Source: Candidatus Latescibacterota bacterium (GTDB lineage: Bacteria > Latescibacterota > UBA2968 > UBA8231). From it: a stretch of 64,000 nucleotides of DNA. The stretch covers positions 224,001 to 288,000 of the forward strand of contig CBDETY010000003.1 of assembly GCA_965243025.1 (NCBI GenBank). The letters run 5' to 3'. Both the position numbers and the translations under genes were made by a program. Each line of letters begins with the position of its first letter. Positions within the stretch are counted from its first letter, which is position 1. A model generated the notes under the pieces. It saw nothing but the letters and a program-made list of their open reading frames with translations. It had not been told where the DNA came from and did not search any database. Below are positions 19,801 to 27,500 of this stretch, in pieces.

Positions 19801-19813
19801 GTTGCTCAAGTAG
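10814..19813 (+). CDS. Giant secreted fibronectin type III repeat protein (~21 FN3 modules) with Pro/Thr linker, dockerin-like, cohesin-like and T9SS type A/FlgD-Ig-like C-terminal domains
   Basis: Signal peptide (..LVVLAVSFLAGGAQA); repeated LTVSW..V.GA..YKVQWKSG...YTVRVIA.N..GDG..S; C-terminal NYPNPFNPETTIKY...SSGIYLYRL...RKMLLLK. Start could be 10814 or 10838. Confidence 0.92.
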   Translation: MKSGHEVPMDMKWFRGGMLVVLAVSFLAGGAQAQPTAPTVTVTSEVGALKVSWPAVSTAVRYTVQWKSGEEQYSETERQARVTGTEHPIPNLKADTDYDVRVTAWDQNGDYAMSEVTDSSPAPGKVTGVMVTPGVGGAATSLMVSWTAVTGATSYKVQWKSGMENYSETSGTRNSPVTGDPLPTSFDIPSLEAGTEYTVRVIATNDADGTEATNDGGDGPASDEATGTPKPVQVGTVTVTSEEGALKVGWPKVPGATSYKVQWKSGGERYSTSRQATATPSGEENEEATLTLRASTNNYTVRVIATNAGGDGQPSAEVMGRPKPGQVQNVRVSAAATPQQLTVSWNAVTGASSYKVQWKSGTEEYDADGSASPPRLATATGTSHTITGLSGIPHTVRVVATNDGGDANDTGDGGDGPASAEATGTPKPGQVGTVTPTVGVEQLSLNWDDVTGATGYTVQWKSGSELYGASRQATTAMSEMVIYDLTGATEYTVRVFASNASGDGLPSAEATGTPTAAGENQVTGVRVTPGVGQLTIEWNPVAGATKYTVSLTEGGNTETYDRTRTRTVIPSLTSGTEYTVTVTADVPEVENEPASSQVTGTPQPGKVQNVKVVAQADNPQQLTVTWDRLEGVLDTDGYKVQWKSGSQQYDASRQVEVDQAATGPITATLGDGTAGTDADTPLDGVAHTVRVIGTNAGGDGPASNDVTGTPKPGQVGAATGTDDDVVVTSEVGALAVTWGAIPGASSYKVQWRSDQTGETAYNTSDRQATATGTSHTIPNLDAAATYAVQVTATNASGDGAASAENAGNKPKPGQVKNVVVSAAATPQQLTVTWGAVTGVATTGGYKVQWKSGSQDYDASRQVSVDGTSTTLGDATPAEDTALDGIPHTVRVIATNDTDADTEDPEDPGDGGDGPASAGVTGTPKPGQVGAATGDDDNVVVTSEVGALGVTWGAIPGASGYKVQWKSDQTGEDAYSPSRQASVTGTSHTIRNLSAVAEYDVQVIARNASGDGLASAENADNKAKPGQVTGVEVEPGVGTLVVTWDAVPGVSSANGYKVQWKSATDTDYDATNRQDLASTTSNTIDELTAGTRYTVRVIATNEATGTEAPGDGGDGPASAEVMGAPKPGAVATPTVTAGPEQLTVEWTALSGAEVTGTEVEYKVQWKSGDQDYASSRQATGTASPHVIRNLTGGTAYTVQVIATVASVDGDASEASPATPTAAEANQVTGVRVTNVGDEQLTVQWNRLRGATAYTVEWREENGTWDTDGSADRQVTGIRSTSHVITGLTGGTVYEVRVKVTGATDPGSFVVARGTPTTATPPQVTEVKVASAVDQLTVSWKEVTGATYKIQWKTDFQLYAATREIEPATGDLTTANGVVSYDLAAAVGAETRLKTGTLYMVRVQAIKSAAEPPGGLWSSGVTGMLTPGQVTLEAAGVVSGSEKLTVSWDAVPGAASYKVQWRTASQLTYPSSQEATVTGTEHPIENLEAGIEYTVQVTATNAGGDGAASAAQTGTPQPGQVTGVAVTPGVGGTPTSLTVMWDAVTGVSATNGYKVEWKSGSEDYDEDNSDGRQATVSGTSHPIPSLLADKQYTVRVIATNASGDGPKSAEVMGRPKPAQVGGESGTDDDVTVTPGAGQLAVNWGVVTGATGYTVQWKSGSQSYVSSRQATTAGLRHVIQNLTDTEHTVRVFASNPSGDGPVSAEVRGTPLSVQEGQVTNVQVTSGVGQLTVSWRAVTGATGYTVEWREETASSFDPNDQATATGTSHVIEDLDGGTEYAVQVTAILPDVLSPPESDLAYGTPSLEMVTNVVVTSEDVELLTVSWDAVSGATGYKVQWKSGSEGYAEDRQAEVTTGTRYTIANLIGGTQYTVRVIATKGALEGPPSDEHTGTPGVNPDQVANVVVTPGQTQLTVEWDPVQGATQYKVQWKSGTQDYAANRQMVVDTGTRHVIEALTADTDYTVRVIAVVGGNDGPASSEEMGTPTSTPTRPTTPTTPSTPSTPSTPSTPTTPTPPPTTTEPETPTQPPAATPRSPRPGKVTISSVKAGEEGGQLAVKWRVTGKASGYKVQWKSGDQDFGSTRQAKVSGMLTTTYTIPDLDYTIEYMVQVIAYNSHGDGPASDSRTGTPKQGKPKTGIAGMLKGEARGANAQQPRGSQSQVSTLGLDPEAHLDAGQEVTLTLTVAESASYLLKVTGGRGVTLSGDGVLDQGGGEAQLDADSWSDGQRTVVLKDTAGPDTLSVVLRNTSGDQVAALEPRIVYNPEVRHSLVVTGLPDTLAVGRAYRGEVSVVDRYGNARSDDREVEITADQSGVSSSSPVELEAGTGGFWVRSDADQDLVLTFSDAEESAVSQSVSVVVRPLDAPDRVIAADHPGDEGGFVLLTWDLSEDHSMINSYRIFRGADSTTEWAQVAADPDATEGRAIVATLDTVSSVWGVLAQRGGDSMDDESMSCAEIVVVGSDVAGLDVLVWRTGSGNRLSSPRSSNILYKGTTDATGRVNLTVNNRGRSSYYAATARNADGEVVGRWSRIQLTPSECPSLELTLGGEAEVDVSGDQAPAVVLRSSVTLSGSARAIDNTPPAAAGSFRAVDVPDDDGGQIQLSWTESTSDVSITRSVEGAVGPVTSDMSRGVVGYRIYRESAEGFAPLGTVGPGVTGFVDTTAITGIRFTYVVSAFDQDNETVSEEESAMSIRNREEDVNGKLIQGLFGADKTVGFDDYFHFADHYGSTTTDPEWEPAFDLASKQAIDGAGLEVFAENFGRETASAAKVVPLPPGRNEQTRLDFYGGVPLPRVGEEFVLTVQLSDFGLLKGYGFQIEFNAEELEVVRAAAADNGLGAGTLAIPQVLAVADGKRAIVAYGDGVSEGTLAVDIVFRALREFEGGFIKVSEGQVRDGAFAVNPLALPPPVEMETLPEVYALGFNYPNPFNPETTIKYALPQASDVELVIYNSLGQVVRTLVNERQGVGRYAFTWDATNDRGQAVSSGIYLYRLQAGEFAKVRKMLLLK
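16775..16845 (+). repeat. In-frame 9-bp tandem repeat encoding a (TPS/TPT)n linker
   Basis: ccatctaca/ccatctact units; much lower GC than the flanks. Confidence 0.85.
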
Positions 19814-19827
19814 AAGCAGGTTGGTCA

Positions 19828-19877
19828 GGGGGAGTGGAGGGGAGGCGATTACGCTTTCCCTCCACCCCCCTTTTTTT
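19828..19877 (+). terminator. Rho-independent terminator of the FN3 gene
   Basis: Hairpin ggggagtggagggg...ttccctccaccccc followed by T7. Confidence 0.85.
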
Positions 19878-19896
19878 GATTACGGAAAGATGGAAT

Positions 19897-20011
19897 TGGG
19901 AGATGGGATGTTACGGATGAACGGCTACGATGCCTCGCAAACCCTTGTCCCGTGCGATTCGGGGTGGCCTCCAGTTGCCGGGTAATGGGGGGAAGGACAT
20001 CCCATCTCCCA
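19897..20011. repeat. 15-bp perfect inverted repeat pair with extra GGGAGAT heptamers
   Basis: tgggagatgggatgt (19897-19911) and acatcccatctccca (19997-20011). Confidence 0.85.
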
Positions 20012-20031
20012 TCTCCCGAATTAAACAGTAA

Positions 20032-20259
20032 ATGGCTGAGACTGAGAGAAAATACCGGCGTAAGACCCACTATCCCGGGCATTTGAGTGCGTCAGTGACC
20101 ATTCCCACACAAAAAGCTGTTGAGGGGCTGGCCGACCAGGCCGGTTGGTCGGTCGCCGAGGCGGTCCGGGAGTGCATCGAGGTCGGCCTGCCGGTGGTGA
20201 AGTCGCGTTTGACTCCCGTCCGGGATGGAAACGAGGAGGCTCCGGTCGACAATAGCTGA
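20032..20259 (+). CDS. Small ribbon-helix-helix (CopG-like) DNA-binding protein
   Basis: Strand-helix-helix pattern LSASVT..TQKAVEGLADQAGWSVAEAVRECIEVGL. Confidence 0.65.
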   Translation: MAETERKYRRKTHYPGHLSASVTIPTQKAVEGLADQAGWSVAEAVRECIEVGLPVVKSRLTPVRDGNEEAPVDNS

Positions 20260-20336
20260 AGATTTTGGGAGAGGTTTACAAGATGGTTACCACTGACCCG
20301 AGGGCTCCGATCCCCCTTTCCTGTCGGTGAACACCT

Positions 20337-20564
20337 ATGTCCAACCATGACAACGGGAACGCTGAAGTCCTCAAGCGGTTGATTCGCGAAGAAGAAGCAA
20401 AGCTCACCATAGAAGACCGCGAGGTTATACAAAAGGCTCTTTGGGCGGCTCGTATCCTGATGGACGAGGAGGACTTCCTCGTCAAGACAGAGGGAATGAA
20501 ATTGTGGCTGCAAACCCGGGTTTTCATGAAGCTCGATAGACTGGAAAGGGGCGGCGCTGATTGA
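20337..20564 (+). CDS. Small hypothetical protein
   Basis: 75-aa ORF with ATG start and charged helical composition. Confidence 0.45.
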   Translation: MSNHDNGNAEVLKRLIREEEAKLTIEDREVIQKALWAARILMDEEDFLVKTEGMKLWLQTRVFMKLDRLERGGAD

Positions 20565-21155
20565 CCTTCCGGGATACGCTCAACAGGCCTTGCCTGTCCG
20601 TAAGCCAGCGAGCCGGGAGAGTTCGTCTGTCCCGACACCTTCTACATCGGTCCCCCAACTGCTGATCGGGGTTTCCGCGAAGCATTCTTCCCCCCTGTTA
20701 CTCATGGAATCACTCGCACCATCGTAAGAACAAAGGCCGCCACCACGGCAGCCAGGGCGGCCAAAAAGGAACCTTCTCGCGGTCGGGACGCCGACCGTCA
20801 TGCCGTTGCCCAGGGAGGCGCCCCACGGCGGCCGGCGCTCCTTCGGGCACATCCCTGAATTTCCGTTTCAGTTCCTCGTCGGACATCTCCGGCGAGCATC
20901 CCAGCGTCCCGTAACAGGACGCCGGCATCTCCTTTTCCAACTCCCTTCCAAGCTCTTCGTCCGTTACCGGGGAACCTTCGGAGCAGGCGAACAGGTGCTG
21001 GTTGACCCCCCTGTTCAACTCGAACCGGGTCACCTGCTCCGCGATCCGGGAGACCTGGCCGGATCTCGACCCGACATCCGATGCTGGCGGTCCCGGTGAG
21101 GGTGGTGGTTTATTGGGGGCTTTATTGCTGAACTTCTGTGAGGGGAGGAGCCCAC

Positions 21156-21746
21156 ATGCGATTACCTGCCGGTATCCTGTTTTTCGCTTCACTGGCTTCC
21201 GCCCATGAATCCCTGGTCGGTACCTGGATGCTCGAGGGCGGCACGGACTCCATTACTATTCGAGATGACGGGACTCTTGCCCGGGAAATCAGCATCGACG
21301 TGGAGACGTTCCTGGCTCCCTCGGATCTGGGATTCAGTGATAGCCTCGAGATAAGGGAAACCCTGGCCGCCCTTATCCCGGGGCGAATTGTGCACGTGTC
21401 CCTTTCAGGGACCTGGGAATCACGAGGCAGCCGGTTTCTGACTGTCTATCGAACCGCCGAAGTGGAAGGGTGGGAAGAGCTGGTTGACGACATTATGGAA
21501 ATTGCGGGGCCGGCAATGGAGAAACGCCTGGAGGGCTCAGATCACGTAGACTTCCTGGTAGACGCCTACAGAGGGCTTCTGAAGTCGTTGTTTTCGCCGA
21601 GAGATACCTTTCAATTCGGGGAAGAAACGTCTGTTTCCTGGCGCATCGAAGACGAAGTCCTCACTCTGGGCGGCGATGTCTACAAGCGAGTGATCCCGAC
21701 ACCGGTACAGTCGGTGTCCTGGGGCCAGCTCAAGAAAGGGGGATAA
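21156..21746 (+). CDS. Secreted hypothetical protein with C-terminal SWGxxK motif
   Basis: RBS ggagg; signal-like MRLPAGILFFASLASA; lipocalin-like LVGTW; ends PTPVQSVSWGQLKKGG. Confidence 0.75.
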   Translation: MRLPAGILFFASLASAHESLVGTWMLEGGTDSITIRDDGTLAREISIDVETFLAPSDLGFSDSLEIRETLAALIPGRIVHVSLSGTWESRGSRFLTVYRTAEVEGWEELVDDIMEIAGPAMEKRLEGSDHVDFLVDAYRGLLKSLFSPRDTFQFGEETSVSWRIEDEVLTLGGDVYKRVIPTPVQSVSWGQLKKGG

Positions 21747-21850
21747 AGCCTGGAGCGTGGTTCCCGGTTCCGGGAAGGGTTTCGCCGCGGATGCCCTCCC
21801 GCCGCAGGTGAAGCTCGCTTCGGGCAAACGGGTGCTCGATGTTTCAGTAG

Positions 21851-21900
21851 AAAAAAACCCCCCTATCCGCAACTCCTTGTCGGAGAGCGGATAAGGGGGG
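21851..21900 (-). terminator. Hairpin and T-tract downstream of ssrA
   Basis: ccccctatccgc...gcggataagggggg with A7 on the plus strand. Confidence 0.7.
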
Positions 21901-21939
21901 TGTTCCGGAGTCTTGTGGTGCTGTGGGAAACGGAAAAAT

Positions 21940-22294
21940 TGGTGGAGGCGGCGGGAATCGAACCCGCGTCCGAAAGCAGTTCCTCCGAGACTTCTACGTG
22001 CGTAGTCAGTCGTTTGGTTCTCGCCCCCTGCGGCTCCGGCTGACAGGATCCGCCGGGGGCCAGTTCACAGGGTTTCGCGAACGGCCTGTGAACGAAAGCG
22101 CGTCCGCTAGCCTGCTTTCCTGTCGCCGGGGCCGGCGTCGCAGGCTACACCGGCCCCAACGGGCAGCCTTTTCAGGCCGCCAAAGCGTACGAGTTATCGT
22201 CGGCGCTTGAAGTTGATCCCGGGATTAACGAGGTATCGGGGACCTCGGCACGCTGTCTCGACCTCTCTGCCCCCGTCGAAGCCATGTCGCCCCC
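21940..22294 (-). ncRNA. ssrA: tmRNA (one-piece), tag peptide ADDNSYALAA
   Basis: 5' GGGGGCG pairs with 3' CGCCTCCACCA (G3:U70); T-arm gcgggttcgattcccgc; tag ORF 22204..22172 ends YALAA-stop; 355 nt. Confidence 0.97.
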
Positions 22295-22342
22295 GGGTTT
22301 GAGAGTCGTTGCGCGCGCTGAACACAGCAGCGCGATCAGATC

Positions 22343-22370
22343 AATATACCCCTCCCGGGGCATACCGCAA
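22343..22370 (-). promoter_or_regulatory. Putative sigma-70 promoter of ssrA
   Basis: TTGCGG-N16-TATATT about 50 bp upstream of the mature 5' end. Confidence 0.4.
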
Positions 22371-22381
22371 TTATCGGCGCC

Positions 22382-24565
22382 TCAGAACGCCTGCCCGATC
22401 GAGAAGTAAAGGCTGCGGTTGTTCCTCCGATTGTCCGGGTTCCTGCTCCAGCCGACGTCGAAGCGGAAAGGAATGCCGCGCTCGTAGCGCAACCCGAAGC
22501 CGTACCCGTCCACCATGCGGGTCCAGCGGGCCTCACGGAGGTGGCGCCAGACCCCGGCCCGGTCCCAGAAGACGACGAACCCGAAATCCCCGGAGTTGAT
22601 GCGCAGTTCGCTGCGCACGTTGGCCCCGGCGCGCCCTCCCCCCGTTACCTGGATACGTTCGCGGCCGACCCCGCGGACGCTGCCTTCGCCGCCGAGCTTG
22701 ATCCAGTACGCCTGCGGCAGGTCGCGGTTTTTCCTGAGAGAGGCGGTCAGGAGTCCGCGGAATTGCTGTGCCCATACGAAGTTGGGGTGGAGACGCAGGT
22801 AGTAGCGCAACACCACCTCTCCGTCAAGGACGCGTGTCGGCTGTCGGCCGAACTCGACTGCGTAACGGCCCCGGGCGTGCAGCAGCGTCCCCCTCGACGG
22901 GGAGATCGGGTTGTCCCGGGAGTCGCGGTTGAAGGCGAAAGTCAGGTTGAGGGTGTTCGAGTCCTCGGTCAGCAGGCGGAGCCAGGTGTCGTCGATGGGG
23001 ATCGAGCCGCAGGCGTAGTCGAGATCGCCGGGACCGCACGCCTCGCTCTGCGAACCATCGGCCGGCCCTTGTTCCGGCTCCTCTCCCGCCACGTCGTCCT
23101 CCGACTGCTCCTCGTCGCCGAATGGATCCTCGTCGCCGAACAGATCTTCGTCCTCGGATGGACTCTCTCCGGTCTCTGTGGATCCGGAATCGGCAGCATC
23201 GGGGGGGTATCCGGGCGAGTAGCTTATTTCAGCGTCCAGAAACGGCTCGGTGCGGGACTGGTTCCAGTTCAGTTCGGTGAGGGCGTGATAGCGGGCCGCA
23301 TCGGCCGGCTCCCACTGTTTCGAAAGAGAGCTCTTGAACTGCAGGAGCCGCTCCACGGACCGGTAGTCGAACTCCGATGCGGCGATGTATTCGGTCACGA
23401 GTTCGGCACCGCCGAACAGCAGCAGGTCGTTGAGGATCGAATCGTTGGAGCTGAGCAGGGCGAACTGGGTGGAGTCCCCGGGTGCGGCGTATACCTGGCT
23501 CCTGCCCCACTCGTCGGTGAGACTGGCCGTCATGGTCAGGTCGGCCCCGGAATCGAAGACGTTGCGCTCGGTGATATCGAATTCTGCGCCTTGTTTCGGG
23601 CGCCCGAGATACCCCCTCAGACCTATGCGGGTCCCCCTCCCGAGCCAGTTGGCGTGCTCGAGCCGGGTCTCCGCCCCCGGTTCGGTGTTGTTGAAGAATC
23701 CGAGGGCCTCGAGGTTGATGAACTTGCGCTCCTGCAGCGAGATCTCGATTGGCTGCAGGCTGTCCCCCGGAGCGACCGCCGGGGTCGAGAGAGTCACCGA
23801 GCGGAACAGGTCGGTCCGCGACAGGTTGTTGCGGGAAAGACGCAGCTGATGGGGATTGAACAGTTGACCCTTGCGGAAGGTCAGCATGCCGCGCACGAGC
23901 CGGGAGCGGGTCTGCAGCGGTTTTCCCCCGGTGCGTTCGCGGATCCTGATTTCGCCGAAGTACATGCGCCTGCCCGGGGTGATCTCGTAGGTGACCCGGG
24001 CGAGTTTGTCCTGCGAGTCGAGCTCGGTGCGGTTCCGCGCCCGGGCCTGGGAGTACCCCCTGTTGTTCAGCAAAGCTACCAGGGCGCGCTCGTCCTCGAT
24101 GACGGTTTTGTACTCGAAGAACCCTCCCGCATGCGAGCGCAGCGTGCGCAGGAGGTCCCCTTCCAGATCCCCGTGGGCCCCGTCCAGGGCCAGCCCCGCC
24201 TCCTCGATCTTCCAGCGCCGGCCGCTTTCGATCCACAGCCTGATGTGCAGGCGGTCCTTCTCGTCGAGGAGGTACTCCTTGCGCGCGATGTCGACGTCGA
24301 GGTAGCCGATCCCGCGGTACAGGTTCTCCAGCTTGGCGAGATCGTCGCGGAAATAGCGCCGCCGGAACGGCTCTCCTGACCGGGTCCTCATGGCGGTGCG
24401 CAGGAAGGGATTGCCGAACGGTTTCTCCTGCGGGTGCACGAAGCGAATTCGCTTTACCTCGACGTTCCTGCCGTCCAGGTCGCGCAGATCGACCTCCCGC
24501 CGGGAGGCGTCGGAAGGAAGCCAACCGAGCAGGACAAGGGCGCCGGCGAGGAGGGGAAGCGGCAT
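22382..24565 (-). CDS. Omp85 family outer-membrane protein (TamA/BamA-like)
   Basis: POTRA-like repeats, LGGEGSVRG motif, C-terminal LYFSIGQAF; TGATG overlap with the upstream TamB-like gene. Confidence 0.88.
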   Translation of the reverse strand: MPLPLLAGALVLLGWLPSDASRREVDLRDLDGRNVEVKRIRFVHPQEKPFGNPFLRTAMRTRSGEPFRRRYFRDDLAKLENLYRGIGYLDVDIARKEYLLDEKDRLHIRLWIESGRRWKIEEAGLALDGAHGDLEGDLLRTLRSHAGGFFEYKTVIEDERALVALLNNRGYSQARARNRTELDSQDKLARVTYEITPGRRMYFGEIRIRERTGGKPLQTRSRLVRGMLTFRKGQLFNPHQLRLSRNNLSRTDLFRSVTLSTPAVAPGDSLQPIEISLQERKFINLEALGFFNNTEPGAETRLEHANWLGRGTRIGLRGYLGRPKQGAEFDITERNVFDSGADLTMTASLTDEWGRSQVYAAPGDSTQFALLSSNDSILNDLLLFGGAELVTEYIAASEFDYRSVERLLQFKSSLSKQWEPADAARYHALTELNWNQSRTEPFLDAEISYSPGYPPDAADSGSTETGESPSEDEDLFGDEDPFGDEEQSEDDVAGEEPEQGPADGSQSEACGPGDLDYACGSIPIDDTWLRLLTEDSNTLNLTFAFNRDSRDNPISPSRGTLLHARGRYAVEFGRQPTRVLDGEVVLRYYLRLHPNFVWAQQFRGLLTASLRKNRDLPQAYWIKLGGEGSVRGVGRERIQVTGGGRAGANVRSELRINSGDFGFVVFWDRAGVWRHLREARWTRMVDGYGFGLRYERGIPFRFDVGWSRNPDNRRNNRSLYFSIGQAF

Positions 24566-27500
24566 CAGAACTGCTTCTTCAACCCGAGGCCGACGCCGTA
24601 GAGCTCGTACTCGGAGTGGGCCTTTGCCCGCAGGGTAATGAATCGAGAGAACTGGTACTCGACCTGGGCTTCGCCTATGGAGGGGTCGTTTGTTATCGCC
24701 TCGTAGCGCACCCACAGGGGCAGCGGCCACCTGAAGTGCTTGCCGATGCGCACCGCAGGTTGGCCCGAAGTCCCCAGCACGGTGCCGGAGGGCAGCAACT
24801 GGAACTCGTCGAGGCCGATCCGCTGCAGCTGGCCCCCGAGCAGCAGCTGGCCGACGGCGGTTCCGGCGGCGCGGAAGAGGTCGCGTTCGGCCACCCCTTC
24901 CGTCTCCGAGGTGCCGAAGGCGAGCAGGAAGATCACCTGGTTCTTTTCGAGGTCGCCCGAGCTGAAGTCGGGGTTGGCGCGCAAGGTCGATCCCCGCAGC
25001 GACATGGTCACCGTGCGCTCCTCGTTGTCGGCCATGTCGCGGACCTCGGCAACCGCCTCGAGGTCGAGCTCCGGATCGAGGAGCAGCGGGTCGTAGGCGA
25101 GGTCGAGTATGGAGTAGGTCGGCACCAGGCGGTCGAGGATGATGCGGCCCCTCTTCTCGAAGACGAACTCGTTGTTCAGGGCGATTACGGTCCCCTCTTT
25201 TTTCACGAACATCTCCCCCTGGATGCGGGGCTTGTAGAAGGTTCCGTACACGTGCCCGGAGCCCTCGAGCAGGAGATCGGCGAGCTCGTTGCGCACCGCC
25301 ATTTCCCGCACGTCCACCCGCAGGTCGAGGTGGATGGTTTCGAGGAAGGGGTCCTGCAGTGCGGGCGGCGGCGGCGGCAGGGGGGGTGCCGTCAGGTCGA
25401 CGAGTGGGGGCTCGGAGATGCCCTGGTCGAGCAGCAGCTCTCCTTCGAGCAGCGATCCGTTTTCCCGGCTGCGGAACTGCAGACGGCCCTGGGCGGCCGG
25501 CACGAGGAAGACGTCGTCGTACCCGAAAGGCACGCCGTCGATCGCCAGCACCAGGTCGTAGTCGAGCCGGTCAGCGGAAATCTCCAGGTGGCCGCTCAGC
25601 TCGCATTCTCCCTCGCCGCGGGACGGGTAGCCGGAAAAATCGGTGAGAAGGCCGCGCCGGCCGGAGAACTCGATCCGCCCCCGGGGAAAGGCGTAGCCCG
25701 GGTCGACGTCGATGAACCGGAAGCCGACCTCCTCGACCTCCAGCTCCCCGTTGACCTGCGGATCGGACCCGAGGCTGGTCGCGGCCAGGTCGAAGCGGAC
25801 GAGCCCGTCCAGGGTCTCGAGCTCCGGCACCTGGTCGACGAAGATGAACAGGTTGACGCCCTCGGTCCGCGCCGACAGCCCGGCCCGTTCCCAAACGGCC
25901 TTCCAGGTGCGAGGGTGCACCGGCAGGTTGCCGGAAACCGCAACCTCGTCGGCAAGCGGGGTCGACCAGAGGGCCTGCAGGGTTGCGAGGCCGCCGGCGA
26001 CCTCGACATCCGCGGTCAGGTCGCCGAACTCCTCGGTCGCGGCGGTGGCGGTCAGGGAAAGGGAGCGTCCCCCTGCCGAATCGGTCAGCGCCGCGACGGC
26101 ATCGACCGTGCCCGCGGGAAGGGAGGACTCCCCGATGCCGAACGCAGCGGCGCTCAGCAGGTCCACTTCGGACAGCTCGAGGGTGATCCGGTGCCTCCCG
26201 GATGCCGTCTGCAGGCCTGCCGAGACCGACCCGGCGGGATGGTCGTAGCGGCCGCTCTCCTCGTCGAGCCTGGCCAGGGTAAGGGTCATGTGCTGGGGCT
26301 CTTCCCCCCCGAACCGGACCTCCACTCCTTCGTCGGGAACCTCCAGGTGCAGAGTCCCCTTCTCGATTTCCAGGTGGCTGAGGCGGGCGCTTCCCGACAG
26401 GCTGGTCCACGTGATTCCGGAAGCGAGGCCGTCGGCGGGAAAGGAGAGGGCGCCGCTCAGCCCCAGCGAGCCGCCGACGCTGTCGTCGAGGGCGTAGCTG
26501 AGGACCGGTCCCAGGTCGAGACCGCCAGCCCCGATCCCGAGGTGAGCGCGCTCCCCGGCTGCGGCGTCCCCGGACAGGGCCGTCCCCGGCATGGCCAGGC
26601 GGACGGCGAGGCTTCCGGCTTTCGTTTCCCCGCCGCTGCCCGCCGGCTGGGTCAGCTCGACGACCGCGACGGTACTGTCCCGGTGAGATACCACCGTCCG
26701 CAGCCGGCCGAGGCGGCGCTGCTGCAGGTGCACCTCGAACAGTTCCAGCTCTCCGTCGAGCTCGGGGCGGTCCGCGGTACCCCGCAGCCGCAGCTCGAGG
26801 ATGCCGCGCGCCGTGAGGGCCCCGCCGGCGAGGGTCAGGAAGACGGAATCGATCGCCGCCCGGGCCGACAGCGAGTCGGCGGCCCGGGCGGAGGCGGTCA
26901 GGGTGCCGGCCGGCGTTGCCAGCGACACCGGGGCGATTTCGGTAACCCCGCTGCGGCGGGTTGCGCGAACCGGCTCGATTGCCTGAAAGACCTGCTCGTG
27001 GAACGACAGCTCGACCTGCTCCAGGAGCAGCTCGGCGGTGAGCAGCTCCGGCTTCCCCGTCTCGCCGCTGGCGGACAACTCCCCGGAGAGCAGGAGGTGG
27101 TCCAGCCGGTCGGAGACGGGGTCGCGGCGGGCGGCGGTTACGCTGTCGAGCCGCGCGGTTGCAGAATAACGCCCCGTCTCCTCCAGGTGGGCCTCGGCGT
27201 GCAGGCCCCGGCCGCGCAGCAGCAGGCGGGTGGTCCCGTCCTCGAACGAGATGCCGGTGTCGATATCCCCGGCGCTCCAGCCGCGGTACCCCACCTCCTG
27301 CAGGGCGATGGTCGCCCCCAGTCGTGCGGCGTCCCAGTCGAACGACCCCGCTTCCAGCCCGGCGGTTACCGAGCCGGACAGTTCCGGCAGCAGCCGGTCG
27401 AGCCGGGTGGGCTGGATAGCGGCGTGCAGGGTGTCGACGGACCCGGCCTTCAGGTCGGTTTCAACTCCGGCGAGCATGCCGCCGCCGTCGAGGGAGAGGG

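Noticed and set aside
10814-19813. Diversity-generating retroelement or shufflon acting on the FN3 gene
   Set aside because: No reverse transcriptase, TR/VR pair, invertase or inverted cassettes were seen.
20580-21192. Minus-strand ORFs of 90 and 160 aa
   Set aside because: No clear start or family; probably pseudogene debris, so not listed as CDS.
21923-22363. Small ORFs at 21923..22210 and 22172..22363
   Set aside because: They overlap tmRNA; only the internal tag reading frame is meaningful.
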